A DNA stretch of 64,000 nt, taken from a virus. Of the stretch, positions 29,158 through 38,270 are shown in pieces. The translations under genes were made by a program, and so were the position numbers. Below the pieces are notes generated by a model. That model made no database searches. It saw only the letters and a program-made list of their open reading frames with translations, and was not told the DNA's origin. The DNA lies in the IMG/VR virus record IMGVR_UViG_3300033153_007754, positions 1-64,000 of that record; one strand, given 5' to 3'. Position 1 is the first letter of the stretch. Each line of letters begins with the position of its first letter.

Positions 29158-29547
29158 ATGAGTGATTATGAAAATGTTATGAAAGAACTTAGCGAACTTA
29201 AAAAAGGAAAAACTGCTACATGGGGTAAAATCAATATCCCGCAATTACCTGAATTAGTGGGGACTTTAAAACAAATAAAGTGGGCTGACGATATACGGTC
29301 AAGTTTTACTAGTGGTTTTTTAAAAAAGAGTGAAAAAATTTTCACTACAATTAACGCACAAGGGGATTACGGAAGAGTGATTACCCAAAAAACAAAAGAT
29401 GACATCATGGTTTATTTATTGACTGACCTAAATGATGTTATCCAAAATGACAGTGCACAATATTTCATTAATAAAAGAGGCGAAATAAAAGACAGGAATA
29501 ATTTCAGTTCATTTTGGACTAAAATGAGAAAGACACTGAAATTCTAA
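29158..29547 (+). CDS. hypothetical protein
   Basis: LPELVGT.KQI.WA..IR motif. Confidence 0.6.
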   Translation: MSDYENVMKELSELKKGKTATWGKINIPQLPELVGTLKQIKWADDIRSSFTSGFLKKSEKIFTTINAQGDYGRVITQKTKDDIMVYLLTDLNDVIQNDSAQYFINKRGEIKDRNNFSSFWTKMRKTLKF

Positions 29548-29565
29548 AAAAAACTAAAATAATCC

Positions 29566-29636
29566 TTGACGAATCCAAAAAAAACCGTATATTATAAGCA
29601 GATGGCAATTAAGCCTTGATTTCGTAGGAGAATCAT
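29566..29636 (+). promoter_or_regulatory. repeated early promoter/hairpin/RBS cassette
   Basis: TTGACGAATCC..TATATT..AGATGGCAATTAAGCCTTGATTTCGTAGGAGAATCAT (near-identical to 6079-6115). Confidence 0.85.
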
Positions 29637-31262
29637 ATGAGTAATTCAACAAATAGTTTCATCAATAATCTAAAAAATGCTGGTCAAGATTTCGAGTGGT
29701 ATCCAACCACACAGGAAATAATTGATGTTATAAGTGAAGACATTGGTACTTTATATATAGACAATTACTTACATAAAACCGATATCACGATTGATAGAAG
29801 GTATTACGAAATAAATATTGGTAGTTTTCTTGATATTGGCGCTGGTGATGGAAGGATGTTTGAACTTCCAAATGTAGGAAGAAAAATAAAAATAGATGAG
29901 AAATTTGGTATTGAATTATCAACTATTCATGGCAATAATTTAATTAAAGATGGTGTTAAACTATTAGGTCGTGATTATTTTGAAACAACTTTAATAGAAC
30001 ATAAGTTTGATATTACTTTTTCAAACCCACCTTACAGTGTTTATAAGGAATGGACTAAAAAGATTTTACAAGAAATAAATTCATACATTATATATCTAGT
30101 GATACCAATCAGGTGGAAAAATGATAATATTTTAAAAACAATGATTGATGAAAAGGGTGATGTTGAAATTTTAGGAACATTTAATTTTTCTGGTGGTGAT
30201 AGACCAGCAAGGGCAAAAGTTGATGTTATTAAAATAACACGAAATAATAGTGAATCTGATACTTTTAATGAATGGATTGAAGATAATATTGGTTCTTTTG
30301 AAGTAAATGAAGAACCTGAATTTTTAAATGATGGAGAAAAAGAGAAAGAAAACAAATTAGAAAGTAGAAATAGTGATGATAATATTAAAATATTATTAGA
30401 AAATTATAAAGAAGAAATGAGTGAACTAATGAATACATATACTTCTTTAGCTAAAATAGATATGAAACTTTTGGAACACTTAGGTATGAATAAAAAAAGT
30501 GTAATTAAAACTATCAAGAAAGATATAAAAGAATTAAAGAATAAGTATTGGAAAAAAACGTTTAATACATTAAAGGCAATAAATAGGCGTTTAACATTCA
30601 AAAAAAGAAAAGAAATATTGGAAGAAATAACTTGGTTTCAAAAGTTAGATTTCAATGCAAACAACATTTATACTATTATAATATGGGTTGTTGAAAACTT
30701 TAATAAAATGAGAAAAGAACAGATGGTTCAAGTATTCAAAGATTTAACAAACCTAGAAAATGTTAAAGCATATAAATCTAACGAAAAATGGTTAGATGCT
30801 AATTGGAGATATACAAAACCAGTCCCAACTAAATACAGTTTAGATTATAGAATTATACAAAACTTAGGACATCAAATCCTTGATTTATGGAATGAAAAAA
30901 TTGATGAAAGTAAAATTGACAATAACACTATAATGGATTTAACTATAGTAGCGGAATCTTTGGGTTTTCTGAATAACGGAATTGATTCAATTGATTACGG
31001 CAAACATAATTGTTATGATGTTGACGGCAAGGTTTTATTTGAATATAAAATACATAAAAATAAAAATGTTCATTTCAAATTAAACCAAAGATTTTTAAAA
31101 ATATTGAATATTGAAGTTGGTAAACTGAATGGATGGTTAAAAAAACCAACCGATATTATGAGTGAATTTGATGTATCTGAAAAACAAGCTAAAAAGCTTT
31201 TTAACAATACATCACTTAATCTGATGACTGAAAATGATGAAATTTTGATGTTAACTGAATAG
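29637..31262 (+). CDS. DNA amino-methyltransferase with DUF4942-like C-terminal region
   Basis: FEWYPT, LDIGAGDG (SAM binding), NPPY; KAYKSN..W and K.HKN.NVH.K. Confidence 0.75.
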   Translation: MSNSTNSFINNLKNAGQDFEWYPTTQEIIDVISEDIGTLYIDNYLHKTDITIDRRYYEINIGSFLDIGAGDGRMFELPNVGRKIKIDEKFGIELSTIHGNNLIKDGVKLLGRDYFETTLIEHKFDITFSNPPYSVYKEWTKKILQEINSYIIYLVIPIRWKNDNILKTMIDEKGDVEILGTFNFSGGDRPARAKVDVIKITRNNSESDTFNEWIEDNIGSFEVNEEPEFLNDGEKEKENKLESRNSDDNIKILLENYKEEMSELMNTYTSLAKIDMKLLEHLGMNKKSVIKTIKKDIKELKNKYWKKTFNTLKAINRRLTFKKRKEILEEITWFQKLDFNANNIYTIIIWVVENFNKMRKEQMVQVFKDLTNLENVKAYKSNEKWLDANWRYTKPVPTKYSLDYRIIQNLGHQILDLWNEKIDESKIDNNTIMDLTIVAESLGFLNNGIDSIDYGKHNCYDVDGKVLFEYKIHKNKNVHFKLNQRFLKILNIEVGKLNGWLKKPTDIMSEFDVSEKQAKKLFNNTSLNLMTENDEILMLTE

Positions 31263-31847
31263 TTTCATGTTTACTTTAGCATCCACATCAACATAATTTA
31301 AGAAAAATAAAGCATTCTTTTTAATCTCAACAAAATCAAAATCTTTAATTAAATTAGGGTTGAAACCTTGTGTTATTATGTGTTTGCCGTTTGGTGTTGA
31401 TTTAAAGTGTAATATATTAATATCATGTTCCTTGATTTTATCCCAAAGGAATTGAATTTTATTTTTATCTGTTGTGTCTACATCTAATAAAAAATTCCTA
31501 GTTAATCTATTCCCTTGTTGCATTAAAATAGATTTCCAAATAGCACTAATATTAAATTTTTCATTGTCTTCATGTATTTCATCAATCATTTTTTTAACCA
31601 AAGTTATTTTAGCTTTTTTAACATCTCTTGCATCAACAGATATGTATAACCTCCATTTAATTTTTTCATTTAGATATTTATAACTGATATGTAAAGCTTT
31701 TGATTTTAATATACTAACATCCATGTTATTATTATCTTCGTATGTTATATAATTGTGTCCTGTTATTTGTCTTAATACAATATCATTTTTTAAAAATGGG
31801 TTTTCTTTTTTCCTTGCCATTAAAAATAAAACATTAACTATTTCCAT
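31251..31847 (-). CDS. conserved phage protein, possible AEP/primase-like fold
   Basis: LLDVD and TPNGKHII motifs. Confidence 0.45.
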   Translation of the reverse strand: MEIVNVLFLMARKKENPFLKNDIVLRQITGHNYITYEDNNNMDVSILKSKALHISYKYLNEKIKWRLYISVDARDVKKAKITLVKKMIDEIHEDNEKFNISAIWKSILMQQGNRLTRNFLLDVDTTDKNKIQFLWDKIKEHDINILHFKSTPNGKHIITQGFNPNLIKDFDFVEIKKNALFFLNYVDVDAKVNMKLFS

Positions 31848-31851
31848 CTTC

Positions 31852-32223
31852 CTACCTCTTAAATAATTTTTTTAATTGTTTTTTGAGAACTTCACTTGTA
31901 AAAAAGAAACCTTTATCTTTTAATTTAAAAATGAAATAATTTTTATCATATTTATTTTTTATTGGGATTCTAATATCTATAAGAGTCTTAATATCTCTAT
32001 GTTTAAATAAATGTTTTAATAAACTATGTTTTTCTAAAATAAAACCTGTCTTATATGTATACATTTCAATACTAAATCCCTTAGGTATTACATCAATTGT
32101 AAAGCTAAATTGTGCCGATTCTTTTAAGTAAATTAGCGTTAAATAATTATTCTTTTTCGTGTCTGTTATTTGCACTTCTAATACATCATTATAACCACAT
32201 AAATCTATATCGTATCTTTTCAT
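31852..32223 (-). CDS. hypothetical protein
   Basis: Likely start MKRYD after AGGGG. Confidence 0.55.
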   Translation of the reverse strand: MKRYDIDLCGYNDVLEVQITDTKKNNYLTLIYLKESAQFSFTIDVIPKGFSIEMYTYKTGFILEKHSLLKHLFKHRDIKTLIDIRIPIKNKYDKNYFIFKLKDKGFFFTSEVLKKQLKKLFKR

Positions 32224-32236
32224 ATATCCCCTTTTT

Positions 32237-32611
32237 TTAAACCCACATATCATGAAAATAAACTTGTAATAATCTAAAAGCTTCTTTAATGTCTTTATCC
32301 ACTTGTTCAATTGCTTTATTTTCTTTTTTTGTATCATTGTAATATTTATCATGTAAATCACTAATTATATCATCCCAATGAGCTAATTTATAGAAACCAC
32401 GCTCCATTTTTCTTAATTTCCTATTCCAACCTTTAGGTGTTAAATTAAAAGGGTATGAATGGGTTCTTTTTCTAAATTGTTTTATTCTTGTATAAAGGAA
32501 TTTAGCCATATATGTTCTTAAATCCCACATTTCTTCAGGCATTGTTCCAGTCGTAAATATATGTGTTACAGTATATTTAAATCTTTTAATTGTTCTTATT
32601 AATTTAAACAT
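32237..32611 (-). CDS. hypothetical protein
   Basis: SD AGGAG; W...L.KM..GF and C-terminal F..MW pattern. Confidence 0.65.
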   Translation of the reverse strand: MFKLIRTIKRFKYTVTHIFTTGTMPEEMWDLRTYMAKFLYTRIKQFRKRTHSYPFNLTPKGWNRKLRKMERGFYKLAHWDDIISDLHDKYYNDTKKENKAIEQVDKDIKEAFRLLQVYFHDMWV

Positions 32612-32751
32612 TTTAACTCCTATTAAAACATCACATCTATTTAATATAATATATTTTTTTATGAATTTAATAAATTTATTAAAATATTTTATTAAATGAT
32701 ATGAATGTGATATATTTGTTACAACATAATAAATGTAAATTTTGGTTTATT

Positions 32752-32790
32752 ATTAAGGAGTGAAACAGGTCGAATTATTCACTCCTTAAT
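32752..32790. terminator. 13-bp perfect inverted repeat (terminator-like hairpin)
   Basis: ATTAAGGAGTGAA-13 nt-TTCACTCCTTAAT just downstream of the radical SAM gene. Confidence 0.6.
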
Positions 32791-32800
32791 GTAAATCATA

Positions 32801-33820
32801 TCAAAAATCAAACTCTGTTATTAGATTTATTATGACATTTGTATAATTACGTTTTTTTAATATATATTTTAATTCTTTATTTTTATATCTCTTTTTTAAG
32901 AATGTAAAAAAATCTACATTACAAAAAAAACTTGGTTGATTAATCCATGCTGCAAAATCAATAAAAAAATATTTTAATTCAACATCCCAACAAACTTTAT
33001 CTCTCATAAAATAGGGTAATATTTTTTTATTCTTAAGATATTCTATCCTTAAAAAAAGTTTCTTGATATCCATATTAATAGGGTTATAATAAACAAAAAA
33101 CTTCAACATCCAATTAGTTTTTACATGTTTTTGTATAATCACCAATTTTGAATCAATTATTTTTTTAAAACTCCAATTATCAAACGCAAAAGTTAATTTC
33201 CCATTATAGCGAATATTATTTAAGAGTTTCATGTTTTTATTGTTTATTAGTCTTATATCCAGTCCTTGATTGAAATCACATTTTATTTTTTTATCTATTA
33301 TTTCCTGTAATATTTTTAGGTGTTCTGGGTATGATAATATATTATTATCCATAAATGATATTTTTTTAAAACCATATTTTGTGATGTCATCAATTTCCTG
33401 ATAAAAATGTAATTTACCTTCTGTTTTTGGAACAAAACAAAAAGAACATTTTCTGATACAACCTTTTGTTATAAATCCATATCCTGTTTTATTTTGTGGA
33501 TATAAACTATAATCTAAATCACAAGAATCAATTTCTTCAGGAAGTTGGTTTAATTGGTTAATACTACCTACACCACCAATAATAATATTATCAGAATTTA
33601 TTATTTTAAATTTATTTTGATTGATTGTGAAAATATTAGAAACATAAACGGCATTATAATTTTTAGCATCTATTTTTATAACACGTTTATTTGATGGGTA
33701 GCCGTTTAATTTCAATTGTAAGAAATCTACGTCATCACCATTTTTCTTGTAATATGTCGATAGTTTCATTATTGCGATATTTGGGGTTTTACTATCCACA
33801 TCAATTAATAATATTTTCAT
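32801..33820 (-). CDS. phage radical SAM protein
   Basis: LIDVDSK.PN.A.MKLS.Y; TKGCIRKCSFC; DNN; FNQGLD.R. Confidence 0.8.
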   Translation of the reverse strand: MKILLIDVDSKTPNIAIMKLSTYYKKNGDDVDFLQLKLNGYPSNKRVIKIDAKNYNAVYVSNIFTINQNKFKIINSDNIIIGGVGSINQLNQLPEEIDSCDLDYSLYPQNKTGYGFITKGCIRKCSFCFVPKTEGKLHFYQEIDDITKYGFKKISFMDNNILSYPEHLKILQEIIDKKIKCDFNQGLDIRLINNKNMKLLNNIRYNGKLTFAFDNWSFKKIIDSKLVIIQKHVKTNWMLKFFVYYNPINMDIKKLFLRIEYLKNKKILPYFMRDKVCWDVELKYFFIDFAAWINQPSFFCNVDFFTFLKKRYKNKELKYILKKRNYTNVIINLITEFDF

Positions 33821-34568
33821 TTTTAACCATATCAAATAATTCATTCATCATTTTTATATTTCCATCTATTTCAACTTTTGTTTTATAATATTTTTTAATG
33901 AATTTAATACTTTCTTCTTGTGTACCGGCAAAACCACCGATGTGTATTATTTTGGGGTTGATGTGATTTAAATATATTTTTATTTTATATTTACTAAATT
34001 TATTAATTTCATATTTATGTTCACATAAATCAAAGATTCCATATATTTCTTCAACTCTGTTTATATTCCACTTAGTTAAATCCTGCTTGAATGAATTAGC
34101 ATTATAAAACATATATTTCATATCAGTAACACTTGATATATCCCAGTTGCTTATATCAGCATTAAAAGAAGTAGCATCACTAAACATACTACTCATATTA
34201 GTAACATTTGAAACGTTCCAGTTACTTATATCTTGATTAAAGGATTTTGCATTATAAAACATCCAACTCATATTATGAAGATTTGAGACATCCCAATCAT
34301 TCATTTTTATTTTTGGATATTTCTTTAATATTTCTTCCCATGTAAAACCTATTTCTGGTGCATGTGACAATATGATTTCATTATTAACTTTTTTATCAAT
34401 ATATAGGTTGCTGGCATATGCTTTATATTTAGGTTTCTTTGGAAGTACAAAATTATTATTATCTTTATACTTATCAAATAATTCATAGATGGTTAAACCA
34501 TTCTTATCTATGTTAAAAAGAGTTACTTCTTTTTTAAGTTTTTTTACATTGAATTTTCTACTTGTCAT
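33801..34568 (-). CDS. BspA-type/DUF285 repeat protein
   Basis: WDVSNLHNMSWMF, WNVSNVTNMSSMF repeats. Confidence 0.85.
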   Translation of the reverse strand: MTSRKFNVKKLKKEVTLFNIDKNGLTIYELFDKYKDNNNFVLPKKPKYKAYASNLYIDKKVNNEIILSHAPEIGFTWEEILKKYPKIKMNDWDVSNLHNMSWMFYNAKSFNQDISNWNVSNVTNMSSMFSDATSFNADISNWDISSVTDMKYMFYNANSFKQDLTKWNINRVEEIYGIFDLCEHKYEINKFSKYKIKIYLNHINPKIIHIGGFAGTQEESIKFIKKYYKTKVEIDGNIKMMNELFDMVKNENIIN

Positions 34569-34664
34569 TTTAATAACCTCAAAAATATATTATACATTTT
34601 TTTCTTTATTAATTAAAATATAAATATAACATATATATTTTAAATTTTTAAATAGGAAGTAAAT

Positions 34665-35135
34665 ATGCAAACAAAAATAATAACATTAATTCTATTACTG
34701 ATGTCAGTGACGTCGTTTCTAAGAGCCGAAAATAAAAAAGCCGACAAAGTCGTCGATGCTATAATAAAAGTAGAGTCAGGTGGGCTTTCTAGTGCTATAG
34801 GTGACAGTTTTAGTAAAGATAATTATTCTGTTGGGCTTGGTCAGATAAGACTTAAAACAGGTGAGTGGGTTATTTTTAATAAAAGAATAGTACAATCTAA
34901 ATATCAAAGATTTTTTTTACAGGCTTATTATAACTTTTTTGGGATAGAAAAATTATTGCTTAATCCAAATATTAACAAGTTTTTAGTAAAAAAATATATA
35001 TTATGGTTAAGAAAACAACATAAAGGTAATTGGAAGAATGCAATAATTAGTTATAACACTGGATTAAATGCAAAAAAACAAGTTAGATTGAAATGGGGAA
35101 TTATTTATTATAATAAAGTGAGTAAATATTTGTAA
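34665..35135 (+). CDS. lytic transglycosylase (SLT) with signal peptide
   Basis: AIIKVES, GLGQI, AIISYNTG; hydrophobic N-terminus. Confidence 0.8.
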   Translation: MQTKIITLILLLMSVTSFLRAENKKADKVVDAIIKVESGGLSSAIGDSFSKDNYSVGLGQIRLKTGEWVIFNKRIVQSKYQRFFLQAYYNFFGIEKLLLNPNINKFLVKKYILWLRKQHKGNWKNAIISYNTGLNAKKQVRLKWGIIYYNKVSKYL

Positions 35136-35165
35136 ATACTTTTATATTTTTTTTTGGAGGTAAAG

Positions 35166-35741
35166 ATGTTTAATGGCATTACAGAACACTTAAATAATAT
35201 TATTAAAATATTAAATGAGGGTGTAGGTAAAACATAACAAGTTTGTGTTTTACATGTAAGAGAAGGTGGAAAAGAGATTTATAGAAATGTATTTGATTCA
35301 CATAAAGAAATTAAATACTTTTTAGATTATAATGGTGCAAATAAAAAAGGGAATAATCGTTTCCCTAAAAGTAATATTTTTAACCCAGTTGAAGGATTTA
35401 CCACTAAAGAGTTAAATCAATTAAAAAAAGGTAAAGAAATCAAACACCTCACATATTCTTTGTGGCTTGAACAAGTTGGTGTTAAAATTGATGAAAAATT
35501 AAGACCAAACGAAGATATATTTGTTTTTACTTCTAGTGCATATGAAGGTTATTTTGGTGGATGGATAAAGTTAATGGAATTCTTAAATATATCACCAACT
35601 GAAGAAGACAAACAAAGCAAAATGGTTGATGGTGTGTTAAAAGCTGAACGTAATCGTAATAATTATTATTATGGGGATAAAACAGTAATAATGAGGATTA
35701 AACTTAATACAACTATACCTCGTGAAGTATACCCTGTATAA
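35166..35741 (+). pseudogene. hypothetical gene interrupted by in-frame TAA at 35235-35237
   Basis: SD GGAGG, ATG 35166; same frame continues into ORF 35460-35741. Confidence 0.65.
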
Positions 35742-35815
35742 ATTACTTAATTCGATATTGTATATTTGGCACTGTTATTGTAGTACCAGTTCACCCCCTA
35801 TCAGTGCTTTTTGGA

Positions 35816-38260
35816 TTATATTTCCATTTTAGCGGTTAATACAATATTATTTGCATCACCTGTTAAACTAGTATTCACCAGCATTAATTCGATATAATCA
35901 CCTGCATTAACAGTTTCATAAATCACTCCAATACTAAGGCTTTGGTCTTCACCACCATAATTACCAGGTGGTAGCTCGGTACCTGATATAATAGTAGTTC
36001 CATTTTTTCTTAAATATCCAGTGACATTATAGGTACTGCCACCAGTACTATTAATACCTAACCAATACGATAATGCAACTAACCCACCAGCTTTGAAATC
36101 TAACCTAGATATAGTTGTATCATTATGTTCAATTACGTTTGGGTCCCATTCTTTATCGGTTGTATTAAATGGTACGGGTGTAGCACTAGTGAACGAAGCA
36201 GAAGACCAAGCACCATTATATCTTAATTGTGCAATTACGGCTCTTGTTGCTGTTGTTGCTAAACCATCACCAACATTTGGGTATGCAGCACCAAAATTGA
36301 ATAATTCATTTTTATTCAACCTTATTGAACTTAAACCATTTTGAATAAATGATTGACCATCAGATGTTGTCATATTAACTTTACTATCATTACTTGATAA
36401 GTTAAAAATAAAAAATTCTCTAAAAATACCATCATTAGTAATTGTATCAGTGTTTGGTATTGTTATTGTTATATCTATTGTATTATTACACATTATAACA
36501 TTATCATTTTCAAAATCAAGAATGTGATTTGCGGTAATACCAATGGTGTTATATCGACTGGATAACATGTGTTTAATCGCACCACCAGAATTTTTAACCC
36601 AAGGTACCAAATTATCATCTATACCCATTTTAGATTCACCCGCTGGTGCAGTAACATCACCTGGTATTGAATCTTTTATTGCAATTGGTTTATCAAATGT
36701 TTTTTCACCTTCAATTGTTTGCGTTTGGTCATTAATATGACCCCAAGTTATACCAGGACCAGCTAATTGTAAATTGGACAAATTCAAATGTGAACTAGGA
36801 TTCGCTCCTTGCGCTATCTCTGAGGTTCGCCAATCAGTATAATCTTCACCTGCTGAATTTGTCCTTGTTTTTGCTTTAACGGTATTTGTATAACTATCGC
36901 TTGTTTGGTATATCACAGTACCAACTGGTACAACTTCGGCCGTAATTAATACATTTAACAAATTCGATATTTCAGTACCAGCCCCATCCCTTGCACTACT
37001 TAACGTATTGTACTGAGTTTGACCCATTGCAGCAACTATTTTAAAATTGTCTTCTGCTGAATTAACGGCAAAAATATGGTACAATACGAAATAATTATTA
37101 ATAACTTCTGTTAGTTGCCAATTACCACCAACATTTTCATTGAATGCTAATCTTCCAGTACCGGCGTTTAAAACTGGAAACCCACCGTTAAATTGATATC
37201 TTTTTAGTTCAGCGCCTTCAAGGTAATAAATTGGTATACCCGTTGTTGAACCGATTGAATTTACAGTTGTTACCAAATCTTCATCTATAATTGCACCAGC
37301 ACTAATACTAAATTGTGCATGTGAATCTACATCGCCGGATGCATCAATGACGAAATTATCTAATCCTAATCCATATAGAAATTGCGCCCCCCTGGTAGTA
37401 TGTAAATACGAATGAATTACTGGTGACATGCTGATACCATGCCGTTCGTCAGGGAAATATATTTTCTTTTTATTAGTGGCATCCCAATATATATTAGTAA
37501 CCAAACATTTACTTAGAATTATAATTCTGATTTGTTCACCAGTTGTAATAAATTCAGATGTAAGTACACCTTCGTGAAAGTAAATTGAATATAAACCTTC
37601 AACATCAGGCAGAATAATATCTTGTTGAGTTGTTTTTATATATTTAATCCCATTTTGATAAAAATGAAATATAGCACCTGTTGGTGCTATTGCAAACGTC
37701 CTTGTTGCATTCACAAACGCTATTGTTGTTGCTACTACTTGGTTTGCTGGAAACCCGTTTGTATCTGTTATTTCTGCTGTTAATTCGGATATTGTTTTAT
37801 CCATAATTATAACACCATTTGTATCATCAACAACATCTACGAAACCACATACAATGTTAAATTTATCACCAATTGGTCTGACTGATGTTAAATCACCATC
37901 AGTATCCAGATAAGCAGGTCCAACAGCCAATGTTGATGTATCTATGCCAGTTACTGGACCAAATAAAATAGCATCCCCTGTTTCACCATTTAGGATAGTA
38001 CTATTAATCATACCAATAAATCTGGACTTTATATAAGATGTTGCATCCGCGTATTCTATTTCAGCCAGACCACCAACACCACCAATTGGGTGGACTATTT
38101 TCCCTTTTAACAGGGTGTCACCTGTGTTATTTATTACCGCAACAACATTTTTTTTCCAAAAATTATCATCAGCATATTTTTTAACTATCACCTCATTATC
38201 AGAAGTTGGTGCAATATAATCATGCCCTATAAAAATGGGTTTATGGAATGTTTTTTTCAT
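35816..38260 (-). CDS. virion fibre/decoration protein with C-terminal C1q-like domain
   Basis: Gly/Thr-rich beta protein; N-terminal NNTG.TL.KG domain; C-terminal VPFNT..YLRKNG..AGDYIEL. Confidence 0.6.
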   Translation of the reverse strand: MKKTFHKPIFIGHDYIAPTSDNEVIVKKYADDNFWKKNVVAVINNTGDTLLKGKIVHPIGGVGGLAEIEYADATSYIKSRFIGMINSTILNGETGDAILFGPVTGIDTSTLAVGPAYLDTDGDLTSVRPIGDKFNIVCGFVDVVDDTNGVIIMDKTISELTAEITDTNGFPANQVVATTIAFVNATRTFAIAPTGAIFHFYQNGIKYIKTTQQDIILPDVEGLYSIYFHEGVLTSEFITTGEQIRIIILSKCLVTNIYWDATNKKKIYFPDERHGISMSPVIHSYLHTTRGAQFLYGLGLDNFVIDASGDVDSHAQFSISAGAIIDEDLVTTVNSIGSTTGIPIYYLEGAELKRYQFNGGFPVLNAGTGRLAFNENVGGNWQLTEVINNYFVLYHIFAVNSAEDNFKIVAAMGQTQYNTLSSARDGAGTEISNLLNVLITAEVVPVGTVIYQTSDSYTNTVKAKTRTNSAGEDYTDWRTSEIAQGANPSSHLNLSNLQLAGPGITWGHINDQTQTIEGEKTFDKPIAIKDSIPGDVTAPAGESKMGIDDNLVPWVKNSGGAIKHMLSSRYNTIGITANHILDFENDNVIMCNNTIDITITIPNTDTITNDGIFREFFIFNLSSNDSKVNMTTSDGQSFIQNGLSSIRLNKNELFNFGAAYPNVGDGLATTATRAVIAQLRYNGAWSSASFTSATPVPFNTTDKEWDPNVIEHNDTTISRLDFKAGGLVALSYWLGINSTGGSTYNVTGYLRKNGTTIISGTELPPGNYGGEDQSLSIGVIYETVNAGDYIELMLVNTSLTGDANNIVLTAKMEI

Positions 38261-38270
38261 TTTTTATCTC

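Noticed and set aside
19380-35237. Stop-codon reassignment
   Set aside because: TAA, TAG and TGA all terminate well-defined genes and coding density is high under the standard code; only two isolated in-frame TAA codons were found
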